A DNA stretch of 49,554 bases, filler included, from Catajapyx aquilonaris (lineage: Eukaryota), in NCBI GenBank assembly GCA_000934665.2. It is 2 parts of 2 records of this genome, joined end to end, with 100 filler letters (N's around TTAATTAATTAA, not from the genome) between each part and the next. Parts side by side here need not be neighbours in the genome. Positions count along the whole stretch, not along the records: positions 1 to 24,718 come from JYFJ02005474.1; 1 more part is not named here. One strand, given 5' to 3'. Below the pieces are notes generated by a model. The model did not search any database. It was not told where the DNA came from and saw nothing but the letters and a program-made list of their open reading frames with translations. Position numbers and translations under genes: made by a program. Within the stretch, counting starts at the first letter, position 1; the number at the start of each line of letters is the position of its first letter. Positions 1 to 14,321 of the stretch are shown here, piece after piece.

Positions 1-1891
1 ACTGGAAAATCCATTTAACGACGAGTCTTTTGCAAAAGAAACAGCCCGCAGGCTTCAGTTGGTGTCTGGACAAAAAAAAAACGAAGTTAAGACCAATCTA
101 GAACACAAGTGTAAGTCACGTTCAGAGGTGGATTAACCAGAAGTTTGGGAAAAAGTCGAGTAAATCCCAGCTTATTTTCACGTCCAGAATTTTGCACACT
201 TTTTTTTGCATTGTGCGAATAGACATGCGTATAGTGAGTGACCTAATTCTGCTCCTCGGAATAAGTGGAGTGAGGAAAAATTGGGAATAATAAGAGCCTC
301 GTTTGTTTTTTTCCCCCCCTCGGAGAGCTGCAGGGACGTTGAATGCATTACAGGATAACTTAATTTTCAGTGTGCGAATAAGTGACATTGGTTTTATTCC
401 CCATGTGGGTTTCTCTCCTGGGAGGGTTTGTAACATAATATAGTGTATGCAGCGTATATGTATGGAGACTGCCAAGGGCTTGACATTTTACACCTTTTGA
501 GATTTAGAGTGTCGCGAACGGAAGTGGTATCTGAATCCGTTAAGTGCACCTGCAGGCTATAGAACGTGGTGTCAGATTCAAGAGACAACTTCACAATATT
601 TGAGCCCTATAATTTTCTTTTAAAAAAATTGTCAATATCCGAGAAAGTGTCTTTAGGACAACATGGGTTTAAAAAATCAGTCAATATCAGGTTCTTCTAG
701 CATACTACGTTAAATCAAACTTAATTGATTTTATGCGCCTCATTTACTGTCTCGCCCCTATTGTTGAATCTGCCAATACCAGCAACTGCCAGCTTGCTTA
801 GGTACACTCTGTTGCATTCAATATGTCAGTAACAGAAGTTATAGCGAGGGTAAAGTTCTCCATTGCCAGAGAGTGCCCTATACAGGGTGCGGATACAATG
901 TACGAAAGGCTTCTTGCAAATTCATAAGGAAAAATGACTGTAATTTAATTTGGCGAGGAAAAGTGTGAAAATGGCTGAATTTAACTGACTGCCCTTTAAA
1001 GTTGCGCCATTATAAATTCATGGCAAAAAAAAACAGATTCTCAGTGCCTTTAGTCACGTATCATACAGTAGCCTATACATGAGAGTAATGACCTGTTTCC
1101 CATACGCATAGATCCAAAAAACTGCGCCACAATTCTTCATCTCAATCTTATCACAAAATGGATAATACCTTTTGGGGGGATGAACTTAATTAAATCAACA
1201 TCCAAGCGGATGGTTCCGGAAGTGTCAGTTTCATTTTATCCGGTTCGGTTAATCAGTGACGGTGACATCTGGCGAAACAAGACCGGAGTCGACGTGAAGA
1301 AGACATGAAACTCTTGAATCTCGTCGGGAAATGTCTTCAGGGCTGTCAACTCCCACGAAAATATTGTGACCTAGCCTACAACTGATATGAATTTTTGCTG
1401 CGAGTCGCAAGGGAGTAATTTGGCGCCTTTTGTCATACGGCTAGTAATATCTTTTTTCGGAGCCTCATATTTTACTGAGACACGACTCATAAATTTTCTC
1501 AAAATATCTCTTCCACTATATAAACAACGTTGGAATATATACCGTTACTGTCCTTCAAGTTAAATCAAAATCTTATCTTTCTACTGTACATGGCTGGTGC
1601 CCTGACCAACTCCCCTATTGATTGTTTATGTCAGAAACCATTTTGAAAGAGAAGCAACTACGCATAAAACATGAATATATAGCCAGCTGCACTATAAACA
1701 GGCATATTAATATGCACACTGTATACAGTACATGATGTACAGGTAGGGTTAATTTGGTCTAATGTAGGATAATATTTCCTCGTTAAAATTCACATTTTGG
1801 AAAGAGCTTGTTGAACACCGTTGAGAGCATAATAATTTAGCATATGTAGCCAGGAGAGAAGTGCTGACGCAAATATCAGCATACAGTATTG

Positions 1892-1892
<1 letters not shown>

Positions 1893-1955
<63 letters not shown>
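1893..1955. repeat. (AAT)n microsatellite
   Basis: Direct reading. Confidence 0.97.
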
Positions 1956-4900
1956 GGTTGAAAGCAGGATTCAGCGTGTGATAGCACTAAATTCGGTACT
2001 GCATAGCAATGACAACAGTTATGATATTTGGATAGCGATCGGGAAAAATAATCATGCACATAATTAACACTCAACAGATACAGCCTGTACCATATGCTTC
2101 AATTTTGATTAAATAAGTAGCGATTCATTTTTGAACCAGATTTTCTATTTTTTTGTGGTTAGGCCTACGCTTATTATTGCGCAATTTTTTAATTACACCA
2201 TTATGCCACTAGCAAGTTTTACAGTGGCCTCAGTGTTGATCCCCGTGACTAATTAGGTACATCCAGGTGAGTGTAGTAATTAACATCCCAATTTTATAGA
2301 GTCCTATCTGACATCTCCGGGCTCACAGTCCCACCCTGGATGAAAGTCCGGCTGGAATGTGATGATGGCCCATTCCCAGTGACCATTTCCAGCATGACGC
2401 GGAACATTTGCGGTGTAATTGAACCTTTGACAAGACCAGCCGCGGACACCACGACTTCCCAAGGCATTGCAGCTGATTACATAGCAACCGACCGGACTTT
2501 TAGCTCCTGAATCGTGTTTGTCCGGCTCCGGTAATGAAAATCTTGATCAAAGGCCCTTGAAGTGCAACCAGCCAGTACGTGCAAGCACAGGTATTGCACC
2601 GATTTTAGCGATCACCATGGAGATTGCAAATCACTGCTCTTCTTAAGGTCAGATGGACACAGGAGGGCCAGATAAAATGACCAAAATTATGCCCGGGTTT
2701 CCAGCACATTCCATTATTCGGTTCAGTATAAGATCTCTCCTTGTGATCTCTCGAACAAACGGAACTGTCAGACACATTCCTGAACCTAGCTTGAAATGTC
2801 AATAGGAATTTGACCCTTCCGGGAAATTCATGCAAAACTTGGCCTTTAATTACAGTAAATGGCACGTGTTGTTTACTGACATGTGGAGCAGGTGTTGTGG
2901 TTTTTAGTCCACTGCATTGTGGGTGTTTTTGGCTAGCAGCCGGATTTTTAGTGTGGTTTCGAATAGGACCACGATGAATTCGTTTTCACGTTGTGTCATG
3001 TTCAGCGGACAGCGGAATTTGGACGTGTTTTAATTTTTGGGGGGAAATTGCTTGCAAACAATGGTTCGTACAGAGCTGCTGAGGCGTAACTATCACAGGT
3101 GGCATATTCCGTCCTGATTTCTCCACGGGCTTGTTATATCGGAATGAGGTGATTTTCAATTTTGGATTGACAAAAAAAAACTACCATAGTTGGTGTTCTG
3201 AATGCTATCACTCATTTGGTGCGAACTGCCAGTATTTGTCTATTCTCGTGATCAAATATCCGGGAGGTGCAAAGGGATTGTTTTTCCTTAATCAATCGAA
3301 GCGTGACACGCGCAATGAATGAACTTATCGAATTCCGTTGTAGTTTTCCCAATATTAATTATAGAATCCCTTATTAAAATGAGAGCAAATTATGGCCATG
3401 ATCAAATTACCAGTCGAGCAATAAAAAATGAAACCGGAGTCAATCGGCGACCCTATAACACTTTTTGATCGATTCCGAGGAATTCTCAACCCCTGATTAG
3501 TTTTCTCAAAGGATAACTCTTTACGCCGTAACTTTTCCTCCTCCCGAATGAAGTACCCTGCGGCTATTCTGGTGGATTTTAGCTGCACTTTTTATTAACC
3601 GTAAAAGTCTTGTCCCACTTGGGCACTAGAGAGCTGCATCACCACTGAGGGGCATCAACAGAGACCTCCTGTGATGATGCAGCGAGAAATTGGAATTAAA
3701 TTACGAGTTTTAAAAAACAAGGTTTCTGAATAAATAATCAGGGGATTAATAGTCACCGGATTATTCATCGATTAGATTTAATACTGCATCGCCTGGAGAC
3801 TTTGAACAGTTCCGTTTTAATATGCGTCTGTATAGTTGCAGCGAGAGTTGAGAAGTTAACTTTCAAAAGGCAACTTGTTATAGTGACAGGTACAGTACTA
3901 CTCGTGCATAAAAGTAATTACGGACAGTTATTAATCAAGTTACTATAATAAAAAATAAAGGTTTCCCCCCATTTAATATTATGAAATTGCTGTTACCAAA
4001 AGTCTGTTGAAAATGTCTGTATTAGTAACTTTGAAATCAATAATTACGTTACAGTGAATGCAAAGGGATAAAATAATGTGCAAATAATGTCCTACTCGAA
4101 ATATTAAATCACTATTTAACTAAACTCTAAAAAATTAATATAAAAAATTCGAGCTCAAAGTTAGCATAACTTTCGTTATGGTTGTTTTATCTCACAGTAA
4201 TTAGCTACACTCGTGTGTGTTTAGAAACATAATAATTATATTTATTTTACCAGGCGGAAGTTGCAGCAATGATCAGTTATTAACCTCGATTGCTTCAACA
4301 CTCCATACGCATTGCAATAATAGGAAAAGGTTTCGAAATTATTATTAGGGCAGAGTATACTCTCTGATGGCCATTTTCATTAGGATTGTAATGCATACAG
4401 ATCAAGTCAACTTCCTGTTGTGGGATCCCCTATGCAATCAGTGCGTGGGCTACATGTTATTACATACTTAGCTTGCAATCGAAGCAGTGCAAGCATCACC
4501 AGGCATCCCTTGAGCCAACAATCATACGCCATGATCCGATTCTGTACATATCACGTTCTTTGATATTGAAGTATCTGGATTCGCCTCAAAGGTTGGATAG
4601 AATTGAAAAATTACTGGTGTGGAAGAATACACGCTATCGGATTATTTCGAGTGCTCCAGTTTTCAAAAGTGAGGAAAGTCAATCTAGCTTTGTTGCCTGT
4701 GTTGGCTTCCAAGTGGAATCAAAATCCGTCCCCATTTCGCCAGATCCTTCAATTTAACTCCGAATGGTTTCTCAGGTAGTAAAAAGCGCTCTTTGTAAAA
4801 CCTGATCCGGGTATTGGCACTCGAATCTTCGGCATTTGGGTTTTTTCTTCTCTTGTATATGTCAGCGATAGGGCTTCGCAGAATCGTGCAATTACTGTAA

Positions 4901-7900
4901 GCACTCTTTGATGTACCAATTGCAATGATCAGTTTGTTGAAGAATTCATTGGACTGTGTAGTGATTCTTGTACGTGCAGGAGTAGAGCAACTGATGTGCC
5001 CTTTTCATCAGTTTGCGAATTTTTAGCACGAATTTACTTTGTAATAATTATTGCTAATTCTATATCAAACAAAATGGTGAATGGACACCACCGGACACCA
5101 CCTTTTGTATGCAGTGTACATCCTGTATACAATGTATTACCTTTTCACACTTAATGTGACCTAATTGACTCCCATCACGGTAGCCACTGACTCTTTTGTG
5201 TTGTCCAGCGTTTCCTCTTCATATCCCGCAAGATATTAGTCCTGCAAAACCCATTATCCGGCTGATACCTGAGACTTAACATGAAAGTCACCTTGTCCTC
5301 ATCATGGCCGAACCTCTCAAGAAGATAAAGCCTGATTTGGCGACATTGATACCCGCAGCTTAAATGGACCATTGTGTCGCATGTAATGATGCTGGGCTAA
5401 GATGACCCAAACCCGCAGCACACAGTCGCTGTTCTCGACCAAAATGGAGTTGAAATTCAGTAAAACTTGGAAGGACTCAATCAGCGTTTTCGGCTATTAT
5501 TCCTAATCCTGATGGGAGAGTATGTTGTTAGGACCAGGGTGCTTCTTCGTTTCCAAACCTGTGAGAATCCTAAGGCTATATCTCCCCCGACCCCTTGCAA
5601 ATACCCTGGCTTCCTTCATTTGGCTGAGCAAACAGGTGCTTCGGGAGTATGGTTGTCTGCACTGCTTTAGTAAACAACATCGTTGTGCGAAACGAGAACA
5701 ATTCGCCAGGGAAGGCGGCAGCACTGCACCTCAGGTGCTAATTACGCCAATGGAACCCTGCACTCTCACCCTCATTACCTCCATCGATTATATATATAGT
5801 GAGTGATTGAAATAATGCATATGTGGCACGTACTGTATACACTGTTTGTAATAATAGCTTTTCCATACTAGTAATAATTTATTTCCAATTTTAAAACAGT
5901 CGACTACGTAATCAGACACATCAGTTGCTAATTAACAACTAATATTTTGGTAGCCTTTTGGATGCCTCATTAGGAACGTGTATACTTAGTAATGATTCCG
6001 ATAAACCGATCCGGTTGCATTCCTGGTGTTCAGAGTCTCATTTTATGCACAATTGCACATGCAGGTGTCAGTTGGTAGCCTCAGCTTTGTTAATGAGGTA
6101 ATTATTATCATTAGGGCGGGGATAGTTTTTTCCCCCAGAGCCAGCCTGATGCCACACTTCCATTGTTTATGCGAATTTCAGGAACAACTATTTAGCTCTC
6201 AGTTTAAATTCAAACTTAATGGTATCATTTGCATTTTAAATGAATAAGGTTAGTTATTTTGGAGGGATGCATATCTACCAGGTTATTTTGTACCCCCGTG
6301 TCTGAATCCCACGGCGATAAATAATTACACATCTGCATACTGTTCTCTTGACAAGTGTAAACCTATAGAAGTTAGTCGGAAGCATGACGAAACATCTTAA
6401 TATTCTTTTTCATAACTTCCCAGTAGCAAGCTTCTATAAAGCAGGCCATACTCTCGATGTTGCTGAATAAGAAAAACAACCGGGTTCCATTACAATCGAT
6501 ACCCAAGTTTTTTCGTAAGTGGATATTGGCCAAGGGGAAAAAAACACTTTACCAAAAAAAAAGCGGCTTGCCTTTGTTATGAAGCCTACTGACATCCAAT
6601 CGCGAACAATGGCTGGTGGAGTCAGTTACTAAAGTCCTTTTGTCTGGGCTGTATACATGGTATGTCAAAACGCCAGGTATAATCTAAAAATAATGTAGCT
6701 AGGTGAGAAACTCGAGAAACTAACACGACGATGCTTTATTTCCTTACAGTCTAAGACGCATATCCAGCAATATCGCATAGGCTACTGTATCGTGCACCAG
6801 GAAAATCTTAATCCAAGCATGCCCGTGATTGTTGTCTTACCTTGGAAGAAGCTTTGATCTGAACCACCGTGCATGTGAAAAGCGTGACGCGCTATCTAAT
6901 ATTACATTTGGAGACAGACTGAAAAGCGATCGCACAGAATGAACCATGCAAAAATAAAACGCGCGATATCTTCACCTCGTGGCATTGAATTGTCAGCAGC
7001 CGACCGTGTAAATAATGAGGTGTTCATGCGCCGCTGATTCGATTCCGACCACAATCACCAGCCAGATTGACGTTCACTCGTAAACATGACCCTCAGTATA
7101 TATATAAAAAGAAGGCGGCATAAAGATCGTTACTTACATAGGACGCAAAGAACTGCAAACCGCAACCACATCATTATTTTCTTGGGTGAATCCGGTGTGT
7201 ATTTACTGCGAGACTTGGGTCATCTTCATCAGTGTGGTGGACAGTCCATCGGCCTCTGTGACTTTTTTGAAGGATGATGTAACAAGTTTTGCACTGTCTG
7301 AGAACGATGTCTCCACTGCTGGGAAGGGTGAGGTCCACTGAGGCGATGTTCCTCGTGGATGCGCTTTGATTATATACCGAGACGGAAATTTCGGGGGGGG
7401 GGGTGTTTAGTGGCGCCTGCGCCAAACTTTGGCTGGACAATTTCCTAGCTGGGGGACCAACAGGTGGATGTAATACATGGAGAGATGCGTGACATTATCG
7501 GATTTGTATAGAAATTGTTTTTTTTTTCTAAACTTGAGTATGTTCACATGAACACAATTATTCTCAAAACAAGATGCCACACCATACCAATTGTAAACCA
7601 ATTATATCAAACTACAATGAAGTTCATATTGTTTTGGTCAATTGATGAGTTCTAGAAGTATTAGCATAAGGGATTACCTCGGCTCAGTACGTGGCAAAGG
7701 TGACACGTTTTTAGCGCAAAGTGGGATGGATTTATTATACATTATTGCAGTGTCATGGGGTTCATAAATAAATTATGAATATATTATTCGGCCGGATTAG
7801 TTACAGTCATTATTCAGTCTGATAGACAGGATAGTTCATGCATTGCACACTGAGCATTTTACATGCTGTATACTGTACAGCATGCAGTGTGTCTCAAAAA

Positions 7901-10900
7901 TTAATGGGTATTTTTTCCAGGTCTGATGCACTCTCTTTATTAATTTAGTTGTCTCTTTAACAAATTGTACGAAATTTTCCTGCTGTTGCTGTTGTGACTG
8001 TAGAGGAATACACATTGTAGCCTTTTGCAGATTATAGCTAGCACAGAATCTGCTCAGTCTCTGCTGCTAGCCGGATGTTCAAAGTGCTCATTTATATGGT
8101 CGCGCCCCCTTTTTGTTCAATAATAATTTTTGATATACAATCCTAATATTGGAAATTTCATACTCGGAGGAACGTATACAAGAAGGCTCATAAGCACTGT
8201 CTCCAAACTAATAGCTCCAGAAGAACTTGATATCGTCGCGAGTTCTAAGAACTCCTCAGTTTCTGTTCCAGCGTCTAAAACGCATTTCGCTCACTTTCAT
8301 CTGGAGAGTAAATGCAATCTACAAACTGGAAGCAAAAGTTATTGCCACCCAGGAGGCTCCGTTATTATTGCGAACCGCCCCCCCCTCTGTGCAGAGACTT
8401 TTCATCTTACTAATAGAATTTCTCGGGGGGGCCAAAGTTTAGGCAACTTGGAGAAGGATAACGTGCCCACTTCAAGAAAATGGTACCATGACATGTGCGG
8501 GGGGGAGGAAGGAGGGCTTTGTCGTCCCAACAATAACAAGGGATTTGAAGTGGGTAGAGTTCGCAGAACTTTCCAACGTAACGAAGGTGATCGAGAGGGG
8601 ATATTGAGCCAATTGACACTGAGGACGAGGACGAGTGATGGGATCCTCCCAAGTTGGTCAAAGGGTAATTGCGGCCATCTTTTGGATCCAGGAGATGTGC
8701 TTGGAAAGAGAATGGTGCCATCCGCAGATCCATTATGTATGGGGAGGAAAATGGGGAAAGGATGGGGAGGTTATGTAGTTTTGCGAAGAAATAAATTCTA
8801 AGGGCTTTTGTGCGCAGTAGATTTTTTTTTTGTAGAAATAAAAGGGGGACCTTCAATAGGAAGAATGCTTATTGAAATTCATGCCATATTTCGGGTAATC
8901 ATATATGACACATCGGGACGGAAGAAACGGTTTGGATGGAAGGTTGCGTTTATTGAAATTGCGATCCGTCTTTCACGTTTTCCATCGAATCTGAAGATGC
9001 TATTGGTGTAAACTGTTAGAAAGATATTGGTGCTGTGTGATGTTTGAGTACGATTTCATGCAAGTAATTTTTTTGAATTTGGAAATTTTGCAATATCATT
9101 CTTTAATATCCAGATCTGAACTTGCAAAATATTGCGTACAGGTACTTATGATTGTGTTTTTTAAAATAAAGAAATATGGTCATTAAGCAGTGATTGCGTT
9201 ATTATTGAGATAGTTGATAGTGTGTTCCGCTATACATTCAATATTGTTAGCAACCATGCTGAAAATTACAGTATTAATGCGCAGTATTATAACTTAGAAG
9301 CGCACGTTCATGCAAGAATGATTAAAATGTTTAATATTAAGAAATTAATAACGAGCTTGGAATTGAACTAACTGAAGTGAACTCCGAAGTCCATTTAGCT
9401 TTGAAGAAAATTGGCGAAACTTTGCACTCAAGATTTTCAACTTGAATTCCCTCCTTTTGCGGACTTGAAGGAGAGGGAAAAAAAGGAGTTAGGTTCCGCT
9501 AATTCCTCGCTGCCTACTTGAAGATAAATTCAGCTGACTACCTCCAAGACATCCAAGATATTTTCTCACCCTACCGTAAAATCTTCGGGATGTTCGAGAT
9601 GGAACAACGGAAGCAGAAAATGGCGATGATATAATTCGCCAACATTTCTCACCGCATAGGGATGAACTTTTGCTCTGCCCCATACACGACAGGGTGGTGC
9701 ATTCCCCATAGTCTCAATTCACAAAGAAAATTACTTTAAGCTCCAAATGTGAGATAAATTTTGAACCTGAAATTGAGAGACATTTTGAAGCAATTATTGG
9801 TATTACTCACTTATTAATGTAGTCAACAAGTGGCAAGTGAAAATCAATCAACTGACGTTTTTCAGGGATAACTGAATGATAAGTCGTTAAAATTGAGCCG
9901 AAATTTGCTCTTTAAAGTAATTTATCATTGTCTTCAACCTTGGATTCCTTGTACGTACAGTGCACCACCCTGTACATGTCTTGATATTCATAACGACCAC
10001 CACCATCCTCTCACGTGAGGCTGAGATGAACATCAGATGCGGAATACCAAATCACTTTTCTTTATTACGAAAAATCCGCCAAAAAAACGGCGAACTGGCA
10101 TATAGCTTGCAGCGTCGAAATTTCGCCAACACATTTGTCACACTGAACGTCCGACACATGACACTCAAGCTAAACTGCCGCCGCCCGCATAATAATACAT
10201 GGAAATGAAGACGAACATGCAAAACTCACCGAAGCTGATGCATTGAAATATGCAAATTGGCGTAACATTGGCACCGGGCAATATTCGCGCCCATTTACAT
10301 GCATTCGAACCCCAGATTGGATGAGTCCAGTACACAACACGCGCCCAATTTGGCCCTAATTGAATGGCAGCCCATCTGGAAAGATGTTGCTTTGGATTGG
10401 CCGCCAGTTAGGTTATGAAATTAACCGGGGATTTTTTTTTAGGGGGGTGGTTAGAGCTCGGTGTTTAAACAAGATGGACGATTTTCTGAACCCCCAATTT
10501 GGTGTGTTTCATAGAATAACGCAGGTAGTTAGTTTCTAACTGACCGTACAAAGCCGGTAGTGTTTGACAATTATATCATTACTAGCGCACCTACCCGTAG
10601 CCAAAATTTGGCAAGGTGGCAGCACTCACCAGGGGCCCTTCCATCTTTCCGCCGCGATCAGAAGGTGGCAGCACTCGCACCTTCCGGAGCGTTCCAGAGG
10701 CGAAAAAATAAGGCTATTATTATACGAGGGAATTTAACTCTCAGCATGTCAGGCCATATTTTTAAAAAACTATAGAGATTATATTATAGGACCCATTTTG
10801 GTAGCGGCTGGAAAGCCTTTTCCTAAGCGTTTCATATAGATTCTAATAAGCCATGATAAAGTCCTCTTCCTAAAGCAAAGGGGAGCTTGTCGCCATTAAG

Positions 10901-13900
10901 CGAACATCTCATTACGTGAAAATGTCAACTCTACGTTGTCTCGTGTCTTAACGTGTGCTTAGTGCTACTGAAAGCCGATTTACCTTCCATGATATACAGA
11001 GTGTACAGCATGCAAGTACTTTAGTACCCCCCCCCCCCTTGCTTTTCAGTGCCTTTATGGCGACAGATTTTGCGCCTGTTAGGTTCAGGAAGACGGTTAA
11101 TTGGCGGCGACAACGCGGCTTTTTGGGCACTGGAATTATCTATGGAAACACTACGAGAGCGGTCAGTAACTCCTGCATAATGTGGACGACTCCTTGACCT
11201 TTTTATATATAAGGCCACAGGTTAATGCTACAGTAGACGGAATATTTGGTTGCCATTATGGGGTCCATTGAATTTATATAATGGGCTTGTGTGATGTTTC
11301 ACCACCCACCGAGAAAATTGCAATTTTTAGAATGTTTATTTTACTGGTAATGAGAGTCTGGCCAACGTGTCGCATTAGCATGAAGCCTGCTTTAAATTCC
11401 TACTCATTAACATTCACTCGGGAGCTAATTCTCCGGAATGCTTTTCTTGTTAAAAAAATTTTTCTGCGTAGAATTCCGTACTGGTACGAAATGTAAACCT
11501 GCAAAAAAAAACCTCCGTAAGTTAGGACCAATAAAATTAATTAGAGTAGCTGGAAGTTGATCTTTTATCATCCGGAAAGGGCCAAGAGGTATAACATTAC
11601 CTCTGAGAATAGAAATCCACTTCCAGGAATCGATTCATGGATTCCCAGAACAGACTGGCAGTTACAAGCATCCAGATGTCCGATCTCGTCGTAAATAGAG
11701 TCAGCGAAGTCCCTTGATATATATATTTTTTTTAAACCCCAAACTTTTCCCATTTATATATAGAACCACATGTCCAGATATGAAACGGAAACAGAGTGCT
11801 TTTCGGAAGTCGCAAAAGAGTGGTTGATGAATGAAAACCAAAGGAAAAGCAGGGCATGTCGTGAAGCTCGACCCACGAAAAATAATAGTAATCCAGTGTC
11901 GCTTTTGCAGACTTGTGACCAATTTGAGTCATCCTCACTACTTCCATTTATCTTATTCCTCCCCTTTTTAAGCCCTTCTTCTTGGCTCGATACCAAAAGG
12001 TCCTGTAAAGCTCCTTCCCAAACTGATGATCCTCCCTTGAAATGCTTTATTTTCCGCCTCATTTGCCGTTCCGGCTTATTTTTTTTTCTCGGAATGTGCA
12101 AAAAAAAAAACCCCTGGATTTTTACAGTANTTTTACAGTAGACTTAAATAACAGAGAGGATAATAATATTTAGTCATTTCCCTTATGTTTACATGTCATG
12201 CTGACTCATTAGCCGGAGTTTTTAGTCAGTTACCTGCAGCCTACTCTATAGTTATCTTGATGAATGACACGCTCTGTGCTTTTACCTGGACGTGTCATCC
12301 TTATTTTGTAATATGAGGTGACAAATTTTGACCGCTCATTTCTCAGCTTCCTGGCATGGAAAGTAAAGATGACACGACTTGGAGCGTGTCATATCCATTG
12401 ACAGGACCCATTCAGCTCCGGCAAAGTCTGGAGGATTACGTATGCCATGGAGGTAATCCCTTCTATAGATGCCATCCAAATGCAGAATAATAGCACCTGC
12501 AGTAATGAGCTTGAGCGGAATTACACGCCCCACATTTTGTGTAGGACACTTCTGGAGGGTTGACAGGTTATAGGCACGCTAAAATGTAATGTACTGTACA
12601 GGGTGTTGAACTTATACGAACAACCATATAGTAACATTAACAAATCGATACAGTCAACAGTTAATGTGTTTAAACAGCCTGCCATTTCTGCAGGATGTGA
12701 AAAATAAATTCCACAGGATGTGCTGGAAATCTGTCCTATATTATGACTCTTCATCCTGCGGAATTTCCTGCTGGGAATTTCCCTCGTGAAAAGAATTTGA
12801 TATCCACCCACTTGCGTTGGTTTTATTTATAATCCCGCGGTTTGTTAGCAGAGGCTATTCAATACTTCTGTTTGATTACGGATTCTATTAGAGCAGATAA
12901 GGTCAATGATTTGCACCGTCTCTTTCAATATAGAACCTACCCGAATGTGCGTCTAACTGAAGAAGCAAAGATTAAAAATAAACGCTCAGCTCAAGATATC
13001 CTCAGCAACTGTACAGTACACCGAGGAAATGTATACTGTACAAACAGGATGAAAGCATGAAGTCAAGAGCACGTTAGAAAAAAAAATACAGTTACATTAT
13101 GAATATTTTACAGTAATTCAGACCGCCATCACGTCGAGTACAGAGCAAGGTAAGATCTAATTTTCTCACCTGAATTTTCTCTTGACATGCTCCAAAGACG
13201 CCAGCAAGGGCTATCGACATTCTAATGGAAGCTCATTAAGCAATTTAGAGGTTCGTAACTCATTTAAGTTTCCAACACAGAACTCCACTCCATTGCCAAG
13301 TTGTCATTCGACTTTGCTTAATAAAGGAGATGGCCCCCCCCCACCTCCATCTGAGTAGGTCAGGAAGAAAGTTTAATTGCATTTAAAAAAACTATTGGAT
13401 TGGTCACGTCTTGAACTCGAAATTGGCCGCTGGATGGCAGCATTTAATTAACGGTGCAGTAATTATATGGCGCTGAATTTCAATCGGCGCCTTCGTTGAA
13501 TATTTATGGATTTTTGTTGGGCGTTTTGCAAACACATGCATGAGGTATGGAACTATTATTCGCGGGCTGCGGCTTTTTGAAAACAGGTCATGAACTAGGT
13601 AACTGATATGAAAAGTGCACATCGTTATTTTTGGACCGATCGTCAATGTTGTGATGAATGAAACACACAATCGGGCGGGGCTCTATTTATTATATTATTT
13701 TTGAGCCCACCTGAACAAACAGCCTCGGGTTTGAAGAGCGACCCTGCCATTTTCATGCTTTTCAATGTGCAATTCATTCGTCCTCATTTTACGTCAACTG
13801 CACATCCAAAAGGGTGGAAGTGTACTTTTATACCAATGGTCACTGTGCCACTTTTGCTGTCATAAAAGTAATGCTCGAGGCTGAATTTACAAAAGATATT

Positions 13901-14321
13901 GGACAAAAAAGAGTGGAACAATTCTGAATAGCAGCGAAACGTGTCAAATTTTTTTTTTGCTCAATGTCGTACACTGCTTATGAATTATTTTGGCGTAATT
14001 CTGGCCCTAAACAATATTTTTATCCGTCAACTTTTTAATGAATTTAATCCCGGTTATGAAACGCGATAGATAAGCATCAACCTTATCTCCAGTGCACAAT
14101 ATGTTCAATGCTGCTCATCAACATCAACATCAACAATTATCTGCACTAGGACAAAAATATGAAATGAATGGCTTTGACCATGAACCACTCTAGAGTAATG
14201 CAGCCTTGAACCTGACGTCACAAAAGATAGTGTGCGGCATGAGCCTCACAGCACGAAATTCAGTCAGTCTGTTGTGTACGTGCCATGTGATAGCACGCCA
14301 ATAGTCTCCGTCGTCAAAACT

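Noticed and set aside
2225..2510. Two-exon plus-strand gene candidate
   Set aside because: The implied intron (2267-2299) is only 33 nt, well below the 59-nt minimum seen in the genes here, and the peptide is unrecognisable.
7096..7333. Plus-strand TATA box with ATG at 7307 and donor AGG|GTGAGG
   Set aside because: The TATA is part of a (TA)n run and no compatible downstream exon could be established; the minus-strand reading is better supported, though also uncertain.
8130..8856. 223-aa (+) and 148-aa (-) overlapping ORFs
   Set aside because: Non-ATG starts, no recognisable domain and no supporting splice structure; treated as chance or decayed repeat.
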